A stretch of DNA of 45,855 bases. It comes from Octopus bimaculoides. Taxonomy: Eukaryota. Positions 1-10,498 of the stretch are shown here, one piece after another (the first letter of the stretch is position 1; every line of letters begins with the position of its first letter). The position numbers and the translations under genes were made by a program. The notes under the pieces were generated by a model. It had not been told where the DNA came from. It made no database searches and saw nothing but the letters and a program-made list of their open reading frames with translations. The DNA lies in NCBI RefSeq assembly GCF_001194135.2, contig NC_068981.1:37018198-37064052 (forward strand), in the 5' to 3' direction.

Positions 1-323
1 TATATATATATATATATATGATTTACACAGTATAAAGATACAAGCTGCCTATAGTTTCATGCATTGGAGACGCGAGCCTAGACAGGTTTTTTTAACATGC
101 CTTGAGTCTCCAAGCAATATTCTAGCTCTGAGCACATGGCCTATTCAATTTACAAATCTGGACACTGGAACAAGAAAAATTGCGAGAAAACGAGAAACTG
201 GATGCAAAAAATGGACAGGTTAAGCAAAACGGAAAAAAGAAAAAGAAAAATGAAAATTACAGTTTTGTTAAATTGACCGTAAAGTAATTTATGTGGGGTT
301 TGAAGTCCAACTCCAGACCGTAT

Positions 324-404
324 ACAGTCAAGTGGAGAATAGTAGAAAAATCCAGGCCATATGTTAATGGATCTAAGAAAAGCAATTTATACGAAGCTGA
401 GAGA
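324..404 (+). mobile_element. Penelope-like retroelement remnant, C-terminal part of GIY-YIG endonuclease region
   Basis: Manual translation TVKWRIVEKSRPYVNGSKKSNLYEAER resembles the 'IKWSI..K..PY....K.CNLCL.EK' C-terminus of Penelope-like proteins; no full ORF. Confidence 0.6.
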
Positions 405-559
405 TCGTATAGTCATTTAGATCTAAAAATTCCACCGCACTACAGTTATAAATCCACATAGCATCAAACTGCATTTTGGGGTTATATCAATCCAGTTTGT
501 AATTCGAAATTATTCGGTGCATGAATATTCGCAAGAGATTAGACTTTGTTTTCTTGTAC

Positions 560-990
560 AAATGTGTGGATACGATTTCATCTCTCGTTTTAGAGATATT
601 GGTTAGATTTTATACTTCTTAATGATGCATAAATTACACTTCCAGCGTTTTCCGTTATGTAGCTTAGCTTCTCTCCATGATGCTTGATTTCATAATAATA
701 CCATTTATTCATCTATATTTAATATTCCGTATATTTTGATAGTGATTTGGAGTCGTTTTTGTTTGCGGATCCAATGTAAGGATAATCCTGTGCATATCGG
801 ATTTGTAACTGGTTGCTGTTGGAACTTTATATGCTATATCAAAGCCAATGGTTCTTCTTACATTAACACCTTCGACAGACATTTTCTATTAATGGGGTAA
901 TATTTAGTGTATTAAGTTTCTTTCATATCGTAGCTTTGTCATATTGTTAGGGCTTTGATTGAACTTGCAGATTTGGGATTTGTGAGCTAA
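560..990 (-). mobile_element. Penelope-like GIY-YIG region remnant (stops and frameshifts)
   Basis: Minus-strand pieces read by hand: KISSQIPNL, YPINRKCLSKVLM*, KNDSKSLSKY, YEIK, HNGKRWKCNLCIIKKYKI; same order as Penelope-like C-terminal motifs. Confidence 0.55.
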
Positions 991-1097
991 TTTTAAGCAA
1001 AAAAAAACTATAACATTTTTAATAGTATTGTAGACTGTGTGGAACGAGAAAGTTCGTACCTATCAATGTACCATGTATGTGGATACATTTATTCTAT

Positions 1098-1835
1098 AGG
1101 GCTTTCCTATAAGTAGGTTATCTCCCTTGGCTAGGCGGCGCTCCATGTAGATAATTAAACTTCCGGAGGCTACCCACGCCATTGTTATTGTTTTACGTCT
1201 TATCATGGATATAAAGCAGCTTGATGATTCAGCTATCGAAGTACTTACTGTGCCTGAGTTAAAGAAATATTTAAGATTATATGGACAGTATGTTACTGGA
1301 AGAAAGGCGGACTTGACTGAAAGGTTGAAAGGAATAAAAATTCTGTCGATGAAGAATGTCAACAAAGTAAATTCATCGGACGATAAGTCTGAAGTATCGG
1401 ACGATACTTCAGACAGGAATAAGCAGAAGCTTATATCTCCTCTCGGTGAAGTATTGCCTGATCTAAAGATCTTTGTAAGTTGCCGAATTTCACNNNNNNN
1501 NNNNNNNNNNNNATAATTACCTCGTGCTACGGATGAAAGCAAAGCAACAGTTAAGGAGTGGCATATTTTACCACGACAGACACGTACACAGCATCGAATA
1601 CCACGATGTGAGTGAATGCTGCTCTCACTGTATTGTCCGGTGTCTGGTAATCCTTTCGATACCGACATCAAACCAAAAAAAGAATCCTGACCACAGAGTT
1701 TGGGTAATTATGTCAAATGTCACTGGCAATGTGCATTCAGCTGATTGCAACTGTTAAAGCAAGTCACTGAGCATGCGTACATGTCATACGGGAGAGTTCC
1801 AATCAGGGGTGGATAACACCTTATAGGAAAGCCCT
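1098..1835 (+). mobile_element. Non-autonomous TIR DNA transposon, ISL2EU-like (PIF/Harbinger-related), internally deleted
   Basis: TATAGGGCTTTCCTATAAG (1095-1113) is the exact reverse complement of CTTATAGGAAAGCCCTATA (1820-1838), with imperfect extension inward to about 36 bp. Taking AG...CT termini gives an AT dinucleotide on both sides (1096-1097, 1836-1837). Encloses a SAP+SWIM ORF. Confidence 0.75.
1205..1782 (+). pseudogene. SAP-domain + SWIM zinc-finger protein (N-terminal part of a transposon accessory, YqaJ-type, ORF), truncated and frameshifted
   Basis: LTVPELKKYLRLYGQYVTGRKADLTERL is a SAP motif. After the gap: NYLV...VRCLV..S...PDHRVWVIMSNVTGNVHSADCNC* (SWIM CxC); the CxH half (C-V-H, 1774-1782) lies in the +1 frame. 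Confidence 0.75.
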
Positions 1836-2559
1836 ATACTGTAGGTTATATCCTATACCCTTATTATGTCTTGAATAAAAGAGATAGAATCTTTTCCTTA
1901 TTTGCACCAGAAAAATTTAATTTTTATCCTTTCAACATATTTCAGCACCAGATAATTTCAAAGTTCAAGCTGGATTAATACCATCTAAAAGCAATCGCAA
2001 AAGTACAGGAGAGAGCCGTTCCTTCTTAAAATGATAATACTCATCGTAAAGTCTTAGACTGATCTTCTCAGAAAACATAACATCACTAATATATATTTAC
2101 AAATCATGAGTTATCTTTGCTAGAGCGGAACACTTCAATCAAAACCATGAACTTTACGCAAAAGAACGTGGTCTGAGACAATCAGTTGAACTAATATGTC
2201 CTAAAAACATCTTAAAATGCTTTTCTTAATACAAATAAGGTTACCTGAAACATTTCACAAAGAGTTAAACTCCAGTAATGACATAAAAGCCAGCATCATG
2301 TGTGTACAATGAACAAAAAACTCTTCCTTTCAAAGATAATTTTTAGAACTATCCACCTTCGTATTTCAATCAAAAGGAAGCAACTAGTTAAAAGTAAGCA
2401 AACTTCATATCGCTTAGACCTTATCATGAAAGTAGGTGCACATGTTATTGAATTCATTCTATTATTTAACTCTTAAACATCTAAAATAGTTTTCGTTTTT
2501 GCTAATAAATATTCCAGCTTAGGTGGTGAGGATAAAACATCTTTCTCGAGCCCAAATGA

Positions 2560-2783
2560 TTCGTAAGGACCAATTTCCCAGTTTTTGTGGCGTATATTTG
2601 CCCACTGGACCGTACGCTGGTCTTCCGCAGTATTACTCATTTCTTGCAAGCTGAGTGGACTGAAGCAACGGGAAATGAAGTGTTTTGCTCAAAAACACAA
2701 CACGTCACTCAGTTCATGAATTGAAACCGCAATCTTACGATCATGAGTCCAACACCTCTAACTACTATCCACACGCCTCCACA
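2560..2783 (-). mobile_element. tRNA-derived CORE-type SINE (family A)
   Basis: Minus strand: tRNA-like head then GTGTTGTGTTTTTGAGCAAAACACTTCATTTC...CACTCAGC, homologous to the + copy at 33535-33830. Confidence 0.75.
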
Positions 2784-2996
2784 GCTTAGGATATAACTCA
2801 CCTTAATTCGGTAAACAGAAAACCTTAAAGGATGCTACACTATTAGCATTTACACGGGCGCAACTATCTGAAGGAAAACCAATCTCCTGTCTCTCCAGAG
2901 TAGTACGTTTGACTTCGTAATGGTTTAGTGCCAACTTAGGAAGGGCCAGCTGTATGAAACGTCAAGTTATGGCCACTTAAATTATCAGACCTTCAC

Positions 2997-3188
2997 TGTG
3001 TGTGTGTGTGTGTGTGTGTGTGAATAGGCGCTGACATAGTCGTAAGGTTACAAAAGTATACTTTGCAACCACGCCGATCCAAATTTAATCTTAATCCGTT
3101 ATATCTTGGACAAGTATGTGCTACCGTAACCTCGAGTTGAAGATACATTGTACGTTAAGTTTTGTCGATATAGATTGTGCTGAGCTAG

Positions 3189-3244
<56 letters not shown>

Positions 3245-3267
3245 GCACACACACACGCACACACACA
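2997..3267. repeat. (TG)n at 2997-3022 and (CA)n at 3193-3267 with a degenerate SINE-like segment between
   Basis: Microsatellites read directly; the intervening segment is only weakly similar to the family B SINE head. Confidence 0.85.
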
Positions 3268-4171
3268 TGTGCGAATGGTGTTTATGTGTGCATGTCTGAT
3301 TTTATATTTACTAATGTAAAAATAGCTCTGTATCAAAGCATAATTGAGAGATTTGATAAATAAAGATCGATAAAATAAGACGCAGATTGAAATAAGAACT
3401 ACGATCGATAATTTAACCATTCATTCAATAAAGTTATCACCAGATTTTCAATATGTAGGTCACAGATTTTTGTTAATTGGGAAATGGAATGTTCGTTGCA
3501 GATAATATCCGCAAATACAGTTTGTATATGTACATAGACACAAATATATGTTTATACATGGACCAATAATTCGTTAGTTGAAAGAAATATTACACCGCAG
3601 CTTTATCAACTATAAAATAAATATTACAACCGGTTGTTTTTACAAACCACGCAGTTTACCCTGACAATAAAATGTAGACAAAGTGGTCACATCAGGAATC
3701 TTGCTCGCTGTGGTCAGAAAACTATTTACGTCACTGGTTTCAATGTTTATTTCCGTCTCCTCTATTATAAACAATTCAGTGAAGTCTAAAGAAAAATAGC
3801 TTAATCTTATTTACAGAGTACTCAGTCTTTTGGTCGTAGAAGGATCATAAATATAAAATGGTGTCTTATTTTTTGACCAAGTTTCTAAGTTTGTGAGTGT
3901 AATAGTTGAATCTGAGTGTGCAGAGGTTCATGGTCAAAGCGTCGTAATATTTGGACAAAGGGGGTTTTGCTGAAAGACTCTGGCAAGACACACAGTAGGT
4001 TTAATAAGACGCAACTTGCTAAATGGGGTTTATGCCAGTGCTTAAGCAATTAGAGTTGATACTTCACGATCAATGTTGATTCTGTGTTTAGTAAAGACAG
4101 ATTTACAATGTTTACTTCACATTTGAAATTATCAAAGCAGTAAAAAAAAAAAAACTGCGGTATACGGCTCA

Positions 4172-4381
4172 TTTCTCTTTCTCCCTTTCACTCTCTATCT
4201 TTCTCTCCTTCTCTCACTCCCATCTCTCTCTCTCTCCCTCTCAGTATATATATATANNNNNNNNNNNNNNNNNNNNNNNNNNNNNNNNNNNNNNNNNNNN
4301 NNNNNNNNNNNNNNNNNNNNNNNNNNNNNNNNNNNNNNNNNNNNNNNNNNNNNNNNNNNNNNNNNNNNNNNNNNNNNNNNN

Positions 4382-4425
<44 letters not shown>

Positions 4426-4432
4426 CACACAC
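4172..4432. repeat. Compound microsatellite (CT)n-(TA)n-gap-(CA)n
   Basis: Direct reading; N-gap at 4257-4381. Confidence 0.95.
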
Positions 4433-4654
4433 ATTGCTATCTAATATCCTTACTTCTTATGTGCGTTTCCAGACACAAAATCACTCTTATATTCATCTAT
4501 ACACGTACGTTCCTCCCTTAACTCTCCCATACAGCAGAATTTCTCCCTGGTTTCTAACCCTTCACCTTCCTTCTCTATTTCTCTTCATATTTTCTTTTCT
4601 GAATGTGCTGACAATTTCTCTTTCTCCCTATCCGAATACTTCTCTCTTTCACTC

Positions 4655-4696
4655 TTTTCCTCTGATGAAAGTCTAACATCCGAAACATTAAGAAAC
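4655..4696 (+). ncRNA. Degenerate minimal hammerhead ribozyme-like motif
   Basis: CTGATGA (4662-4668) ... CGAAAC (4681-4686) after a pyrimidine-rich tract; stem II poorly paired; TTTCCT / AAGAAA partial stem I. Confidence 0.45.
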
Positions 4697-4854
4697 TCTC
4701 TTTTCTATTGAAGCGTTAAACTAATATTATATTTGGTGGACTCTGTAATTTCTGTTTTGTTTCTCTTAATGTTTATTGTCTTAAAACTATATATGTGTGT
4801 ATACCAGCCATACTCTCTTTATTATACACCCACACGTGTGTGTGTGTATGTATA

Positions 4855-5715
4855 CAGGGTGCAGTGAATAAACTGTCGTCGAAATTACGCAAAATTGAAA
4901 ATAACACTGACATCTCATTTTAACAGATATAGTTACCAAAAATTGCATAAAAATATCGTGAAATACTAAAGAGGAAATTTATTCAATAAAATTACCATTG
5001 GTTTCAACCACGCCCTCTAAACAACTTCAGAATCTCCTGCAACTCTTCTGGACGGTGTCTTGGTTTTAAGTTGGTGAATGCTGCCATAATCCTTGCCTTC
5101 AGTGCATCTTTCGTGTTACAAGAAGTTTTGTTAGTCTCTCGCTCAACTACGCCCCACACATAATAATCAGAGGGGTTACAGTCTGGGGAGTTAGGTGGTC
5201 AGATATTAGAGGTGATGTGGTCACAGAATTTATCTGACAGTTATGACTGGATTCTCCTGCTTGTGTGGTATGATGCATATTCTTGTTGCCAGACAGAGGG
5301 TCTTCTAGCCGCCACCCTTTTGACTCAAGGCAGTACTACTCCCTCCAGACACTTGATGTAGGCCTCCGTGTTGAGTCTGAGGCCGTGTGGGAACATGAAT
5401 GACGGTGTAACGTTGCCGTCACTAGTGATCACTCCAAACACCATGATGGTGACTAGATATTTTATTTTTATTACTCTCGGTACATTTTCTCAGATTGCAC
5501 TATCCACAGAGTGGCACCCAAACACTCTGACATGTTCGTATTGGAATGCCAAGAGGTACAGCATGAGGCTCCCAAATTTCTAGCAGAGGGAATTGCGTCA
5601 TGGTGCTGTTTTTCTCACAACCGGTGCCCAACAGACCCTACTATACTGTGTAGTCGACAAAATCAAAAACAAACAATGCGCATGCGCGAAATTAAAAATA
5701 TAAAATGGCGACTAT
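4855..5715 (-). mobile_element. Tc1/mariner DD37D (maT) transposon, decayed, internal deletion
   Basis: TA-CAGGGTG terminus at 4853-4861. Minus frame: IMVFGVITSDG...WQQ(E)YASYHT...*PPNSPDCNPSDYYVWGVVE with 37 residues between the 2nd and 3rd catalytic positions; three in-frame stops; N-terminal MTQF...ECLG at about 5510-5620. Confidence 0.9.
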
Positions 5716-5829
5716 ATACATATATATATATATATAAATATGTATGTATGTATGTATGTAGGTGTGTATGTATGTATATCATGACGAATATAGGGGACCT
5801 GTATGTTACGTGAAGTTAGATGTGATAAG

Positions 5830-6200
5830 ATCTAGTTAGTTCATAAGTGAGGATGTCCTTGTAGTAGCAACAAATTATACTAAGAGAGTTAGACAACAAG
5901 TGGTCATTCTCTTCTTCTAGAACCTTCAATTTTTCCTAGCACAATGCTCTTTTCCATAACATCTGCCTTCATAACGTGACCAAAGAATTTTAATCTCAGT
6001 TACATAATCAATACTTCTAAAGTAATCTCAGGTTTCTCTTGCTGCAGCATCGGTCCGTTTGATTTTCTTTCGTTCTTGATATTCTCAATAATCCCCTTCA
6101 TCACCACGTTTTCAATGAATCAATTTTCCTCCTATCTTGTTAATTGACCATCTTTCACATCCATACATCATTATTACTAAATACACAATTGAATTTCAAC
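5830..6200 (-). mobile_element. RTE-clade (BovB-like) LINE 3' fragment
   Basis: Minus strand: MMYGCERWSINK ... LRLKFFGHVMKADVMEKSIVLGKIEGSRRR. Confidence 0.85.
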
Positions 6201-6382
6201 ATTCTCTCTTTTGTTCTTTTGCTACAATTCTCAATATTTCATGATTTGTAGCTCCCTCATGACAGTCTTTCCATTATGCATTCTGTATATTTACCAATGG
6301 TATAATATTATCTTTAATATTTCGTTTTTGGATTTGGTTTGCAAGATTTTTTATGTGATTTCGTGTGTTGAAGCATATTCTG

Positions 6383-6583
6383 TTGTGTCTGGGGAGAGTC
6401 ATTTTCTTATTGTGCCTTGAAATTTAACACACTCACCGTTAAAATTTCAGTCAAGACTATTAATAAGGTTGCAAGACGCAACGAAAATTTTAGGAAAATA
6501 AAAATAAGAAATAAGTGGAAATTTTAACGGTGAGTGTGTTAAATTTCAAGGCACAATAAGAAAATGACTCTCCCCAGACACAA
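6383..6583. repeat. Perfect 66-bp inverted repeat (6383-6448 / 6518-6583) with 69-bp spacer; MITE-like or fold-back element
   Basis: Arms compared base by base: TTGTGTCTGGGGAGAGTC...CCGTTAAAATTTC versus its reverse complement. Confidence 0.9.
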
Positions 6584-7289
6584 ATGAATTATCTTTAATA
6601 TTTGAGATAAAACATACTCCAGTATAGCAGTTTAAAAGAAATACTTTACGGAAGGACACATAGAAAGATTATTTACAGAGATAATAGTGAAAACTGCCCC
6701 CCCCCCTAATGAAATCCTTGCAAACTAAATGTACGTATTTAAATATCAAAATGAAACAATACGGGACAGCTGATAAATATAATATAGAGAACTGCAGAAG
6801 TGAGACCATATTTTAACAAATGCATCGTGGACATGTACATCATTGTTCATTGACATTAAAACAACACTATAAAATCAAAGTCAGAAAGAAATATCCCTGT
6901 AAGTCCCTAAAATAGTACAAATTTTAAGAATGACTGAAACTGTGCTCACAGAAACTGTTTTGCATAGTATCTGACCGAAGTAGAAAAAGAAACTCAAAGG
7001 AGCTAGTGTTTATTTTATATAGCAATTGAAAAACAATTATACTGAAGGCTACATTTTTTCCAAGGGAATTTATTTAAACTGGTGCTGAGCAAATATCACA
7101 AGATACTTCGTTTGAAAAGTACATTAATTAGTTCTTCGTCGATATTTACATTATTTTGCAGATATACACCAGCAAATGACATCCAAATATATACTTGCAC
7201 ATATGCCCACAAAAACACATACACAAATATTATATTTGCATTTTTGTATGTGTATATCCATCCATCCACTCATCAATCCATCTATCCAT

Positions 7290-7600
7290 CTTCTCCGTTT
7301 TCTATCCTCAGGCATCTCATCCATAGGGTTCTATTAGAATCAACCGCCATTACACTACCTGGTTGGATTCTCACTCGTCACTAACTGAGACTATGGTTAT
7401 TATCCAACCATCTTGTTCTTGGTCTACCTCTAGGCCTACTGCCAGTTGGCTCGACTTGAGGAATCCGTCTTGTGATTCTTTCCTGCAACATTTTAGTTAC
7501 ATCCCCGTTTTACCGGTACTGTGGCCTCTCAGAGTGGAGAAGTGACCAGGGAGGACAATCTGATCTCAGAGCCATGTACCCTGTCGTGAAGTGTTAGTCC
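7290..7600 (-). mobile_element. RTE-clade LINE 3' fragment
   Basis: Minus strand: LLHSERPQYR*NGDVTKMLQERITRRIPQVEPTGSRPRGRPRTRWLD. Confidence 0.85.
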
Positions 7601-7719
7601 GGATTTTTTTTTTGAGGAATCCCATTTTGGCTGCTTATATTCCTAACTAAAAACAACCCCGAAAATAACACCATATATTTACTGCTGAACTGCCTGACCA
7701 AAACTGAAGATATATGTCT

Positions 7720-7850
7720 AAGTTCCTACGTGGTGTATAGAATCACATGTAGTAAATGCAGCGAATTCTACATCAGAAGTACTATCGGACACACATTACC
7801 CATGCGGATTGAAAAGGACCTCTATGAAAATGCTTCTTTAATCAAAAACG
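7720..7850 (+). mobile_element. Penelope-like GIY-YIG endonuclease fragment
   Basis: VVYRITCSKCSEFYIRSTIGHTLPMRIEK resembles VVY.I.C..C...YIG.T...L..RI.EH. Confidence 0.75.
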
Positions 7851-7864
7851 TCTATAGAAATGCC

Positions 7865-8735
7865 ACACCCAAACATCCGAGTTTCCACTGCAGCTACAGA
7901 AAGCATGCCCGGAGACGAAGGTGCTCTTCCACGCGTCTTCCATATCACCTCTTTCGCTATAGCTATTACGGCTAGCAAGCAGAATTTCTCTTCTTCTTCT
8001 CTTAGAGAAGACGGCGGAACGATCTTAATAATCGACTCGGCTGACAGCTGTACTCTCCCCAGCTGTGACAATACCCGTTCGATAGAAGCCCACAGGTCCG
8101 AGAGACTCGGACACTGTACGAGTGCATGCAGAAGTTTCACTGCTCTGACCGCAACGTGGGCACATAGGCGAAACCATGATGCCGTACCTCGCGAGTTTAT
8201 TCCGAAATGGCAAGGCACTTCGGAAGTACAGCCAAGCCAGGGACCTCTGGAAGGTGTCCATAGGTCCCGGCCCGAAAGTCCTTCGATGCAGGTTGGCAAG
8301 CTGACTTTCATCGAAACCTAGAGTCTCCCCCAGGCCATCATCACACTTGCCCTCTACCAGCCCTCTATAGTACGCCGAGGTGGTACCCCTTCCGTCGGCA
8401 TTGCTCGTTCGGGAGAGAAGCACGAGCGCCTGTTGACACTCTGTTTGCCAAGCTCGCTGCCTTAGTCTACGCTTGATCCAGCATTCCAGTTCACGAAAAG
8501 AGGTGAACTTGGGAAGTATCTCAACAACGAACGGAGACCACACCCGCTCACCGTCCAGGTAGAGCCATAGATGCCTCAATTTCAGCGCATACCTGCGTAT
8601 CTTTACCCACGGCATCCCTAACCCACTCTTTAGCGGCTGTTGGCAGCAGATAGAGCACCTTACAAGAGGCCGCCTGGCCTCCCACAAGAAGTGAAAGAGC
8701 ATGCGTTCCAATTTGTTTAACCACGAATCGGAGCA
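7865..8735 (-). mobile_element. Tx1/L1-like LINE ORF2 C-terminal fragment with zf-RVT cysteine motif
   Basis: ORFs 8025-8753 and 7838-8311 join by frameshift: LERMLFHFLW...GLGMP...LPFRNKL...CPRCGQSSET/HALVQCP..LW...AKEVIWKTR. Confidence 0.85.
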
Positions 8736-8739
8736 CGGC

Positions 8740-8807
8740 ACACACACACACACTCACACACGCAATATATATATATATATGAATGTATGTGTGCGTGTGT
8801 CTATTTA

Positions 8808-8841
<34 letters not shown>

Positions 8842-8918
8842 CGTGCGTGCGTGTATACATATATGTGTGTGTGTATACGTATATATATATATATATATAT
8901 ATATATATNNNNNNNNNN

Positions 8919-8962
<44 letters not shown>

Positions 8963-9065
8963 CTAGCATGGAAGGCAGACAGTAAACGATGATGATGATG
9001 ATGATGATGATGATGATATATATATATGTCTGTGTGTGTATGTGTATATATATATATATATTATA
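8740..9065. repeat. Microsatellite cluster (CA)n,(TA)n,(TG)n,(ATG)n containing a short RTE-type tail
   Basis: Direct reading; AGCATGGAAGGCAGACAGTAAACGATGATG at about 8966-9017. Confidence 0.9.
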
Positions 9066-10368
9066 TATGTATAATTCATATTTAATATTTTCATAATAAA
9101 ATTTACCCTTAAAAAGATATGCACAAAAAATTCATTTAAATGTTCTTTGAGTATCTGATATTTCCATAAGACATTCTAGTATTTTAGATTAAAAGTTTTA
9201 TTCATCTTAAGATCAATGTGGTTTTATGAGTCACTCTGACGTTTGAATATTTTTCACTTGAAAGCTCTAATAGCTATTTTGGTCTTTTGTTGAATTCGTC
9301 AGATGCATTTCTGCACTAATTGATAGCACTCACTGCATTGAAATGTTAAAATGGCTGACCAAATAAGACATACCTTGCAGGCAAGAGAATCTGAATTAAC
9401 ACTTTTGTGAAAATAAAAAATAAATATGTGTGAAATATATACATATTCCCCCACTTGTTTAACAAAATCATTTAAAGTAAACTCGGTATAAAGTGTGATC
9501 AATATAATAAAAAATACCCCAAAAGTGTGGGAGGCAAAGAAAAATGTAGGTAGAATGTAAAAAGTGTTTTGATAAAAGGGTCTGAAACATAACTGTTAAG
9601 CCTTAGAGTGTATGTTATTTTCATATCAATTCAAAGGATCAGAAAAACTATACTCAAACAACTCTTTTATTAATTGTTTTATTTATTTATTTATTTTTTT
9701 GTCTGTACTGTTTCTCTGACTCGTCCTTTACCATAAAGAACATTCAATTTTGACACTGTAAAAATAGCGAATGGAAAGAATGGTTTTTATTGAGACTCTT
9801 ATACCCCCCAAAAATTCTTTCTTTTCTTTTTTCCTTTTGTTATTGAGGAATTTTCTTTTCTTATAAATATTTTCATGAAGCAACACTTGGTTGAATAATG
9901 CTTCATTTATTGTTGTTGTCGTCGTCGTCATCATCACCATCATCATAACCACTATCATCATCATTGCTGTTGTTGCTGTTGAGATTATTATTATTTATTG
10001 ATAATATATGAAATGCATAAGTTCAATATTTTAAAGTTAAAGATTCAAATTTTCAGGCCCTCAGGAGAAATGTGGATTTTTTAAACTTCTCTTATTCATA
10101 ATTATATAGAAAATAATAGTTTTTAAAATCCTTTTAGGGTTTCTATGAGAGAAGTAGATATATATTTCTGCAGAGAAGGCTGATTCATAATGAATCATCA
10201 ATCTCAATAAAATACTCTTGTAATACAGTTAACTTTATAACAAGGCTGATGCTTATGTAGAACTGTTTTGTGTTTACAAAACTGATAGTTTAATACAGAA
10301 TTATTCTTCCAGGTTGTAAAGAAAATATTGAATGTGATTTAAACAAAAGAGGATATTTATTTCTCATT

Positions 10369-10402
<34 letters not shown>

Positions 10403-10498
10403 TAACACACACACACACACACACACACACACCTGTTTATTTGAGTACTTATAATTAGTGATGTAGGTTAATGAGTGATCTGTTCTATTGATAAACAA

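Noticed and set aside
1063-1671. 202-aa minus-strand ORF
   Set aside because: Antisense shadow of the SAP-SWIM ORF, spans an N-gap and has no recognisable motifs
3116-4434. ORFs rich in HT/CV/RE repeats (also 8548-8992, 11329-11944, 16707-17255, 23577-23947, 30136-30695, 36293-36478, 38129-38467)
   Set aside because: Translations of dinucleotide microsatellites and N-gaps
4990-5330. All three in-frame stops in the maT frame fall at conserved Trp positions
   Set aside because: Expected, because TGG converts to a stop by single transitions; not evidence of recoding or targeted mutation
5785-5803. GGGGACCTGTA as the right TIR of the maT element
   Set aside because: Only a 5-6-bp match to the reverse complement of CAGGGTG; the rest of the TIR does not match
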